64,000 bases of DNA. Source: Cetorhinus maximus. Taxonomy: Eukaryota. The position numbers and the translations under genes were made by a program. Positions 63,092 through 64,000 of this stretch are shown here, one piece after another (position 1 is the first letter of the stretch; each line of letters starts with the position of its first letter). The notes under the pieces are model-generated. The model ran no database searches. It had not been told where the DNA came from and saw nothing but the letters and a program-made list of their open reading frames with translations. Where the stretch lies: assembly GCF_964194155.1 (NCBI RefSeq), contig NC_135888.1, positions 122,450,001 through 122,514,000 of the forward strand, given 5' to 3'.

Positions 63092-64000
63092 TGGGCAGGA
63101 TTTTCCCTCCAGGGTTGGGAAACCAAATCGACACTGGGGCCATTCCCAGGTCTCGACCCTGCCCCTGGGGCGGTTTTTGGGGTGGGGGGGTGGGGGGAAT
63201 AGTCACAGCCTGCAATTTTTGCGGAGGCGGGCTGCTAGTTGGCTGGAGGGTGGGTTGGGTGGCCTATTGGGTACAGGATGGAGATGGACACTGCAAGTGC
63301 AGGACCAATTTAAAAGGCATCAAGGCAGTCATGACTGAGGCTGAAGTTTGAAAGAGGAGATGCAGAAGCCAGGGAGACAGCAGGAAAGGCAGAGGTAAAA
63401 TAAAAATGCTGGAACTCAGCAGGTCAGGCAGTCTCTGGGCAAACAGTGTTAACATTTCAGGTCTGACGTTTTATTGATCTCTCTTTTGTTCTTGCAGGTC
63501 TTGCTGACCCCACAGGAGCAAGTTGGGAAAGGAGAGAAGGGCTTACCCGGAAGAGAGGCTGAAATGTTATTGTAATCTTTAGATGAAGGGTCGAATGCAC
63601 TCCTCCACATCTGACAACACGCCAAAGACTCAGCTGCATTAGGAAGCCTCAGCACTGCAATGGTTTCTGCTATCAAAGGCTAGTTGTTATGATCTCTTTC
63701 TTGCATCTCCTACACGTCCTGACGAAAAGGACGAACGCCTGTGTCCTGTCTCAGCCCCATGACCATCAGAAGAAAGCAAGACAGCAGAGTCAGCACATCT
63801 TACGGGCTCATCCTCCACCAGTGCAGATACACTCACATCTGTGGATTCTTGTGCGTGCTCAGAAAGGGTGGCACTAGATGAACAGAAGATCACCAGTGAG
63901 AGTGAGAGAAGCATGCCCACAGCTGCCTCTGATGATGGAGGACAGACACATCCATGCTTAGCTGGGAGTAGATGCTGGGCCTCGGGAGTCACAAGAAAGG
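63092..64000. mobile_element. Probable DNA-transposon remnant with a Harbinger-like terminus
   Basis: Begins GGGCAGGATTTT like 55894. The other end is not in the window. Confidence 0.35.

Noticed and set aside
63687-63992. 101-aa minus-strand ORF as an upstream NUDCD2 exon
   Set aside because: It has no recognisable homology, NUDCD2 is already complete at 157 aa, and it lies in a probable transposon remnant.

Overview
Vertebrate genomic DNA, most likely a shark or other chondrichthyan. This is inferred from the repeat landscape (CR1/L2 LINEs, DeuSINE/SacSINE1-like SINEs, Penelope elements) and the long introns. Four genes lie on the minus strand, with exons reconstructed by hand: the 5' part of HMGXB3, a complete but strongly diverged SPCS3-like gene with a U12-type AT-AC intron, SRA1 and NUDCD2. 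Most of the rest is transposon-derived, and there is a 2.5-kb polypyrimidine minisatellite containing a 200-N gap. Main observations: (1) a CR1-group LINE family whose endonuclease region follows directly on a tRNA-derived Pol III head, with no room for ORF1, almost no sense-strand TTTT, and a matching internally deleted SINE; (2) a probable SPCS3 ohnologue; (3) Penelope hammerhead ribozyme motifs whose decay depends on orientation inside SRA1; (4) a twin-priming-like inverted RTE element; (5) a templated insertion between two convergent LINE copies. Comparisons to human proteins are from memory, not database searches. Repeat boundaries are approximate.
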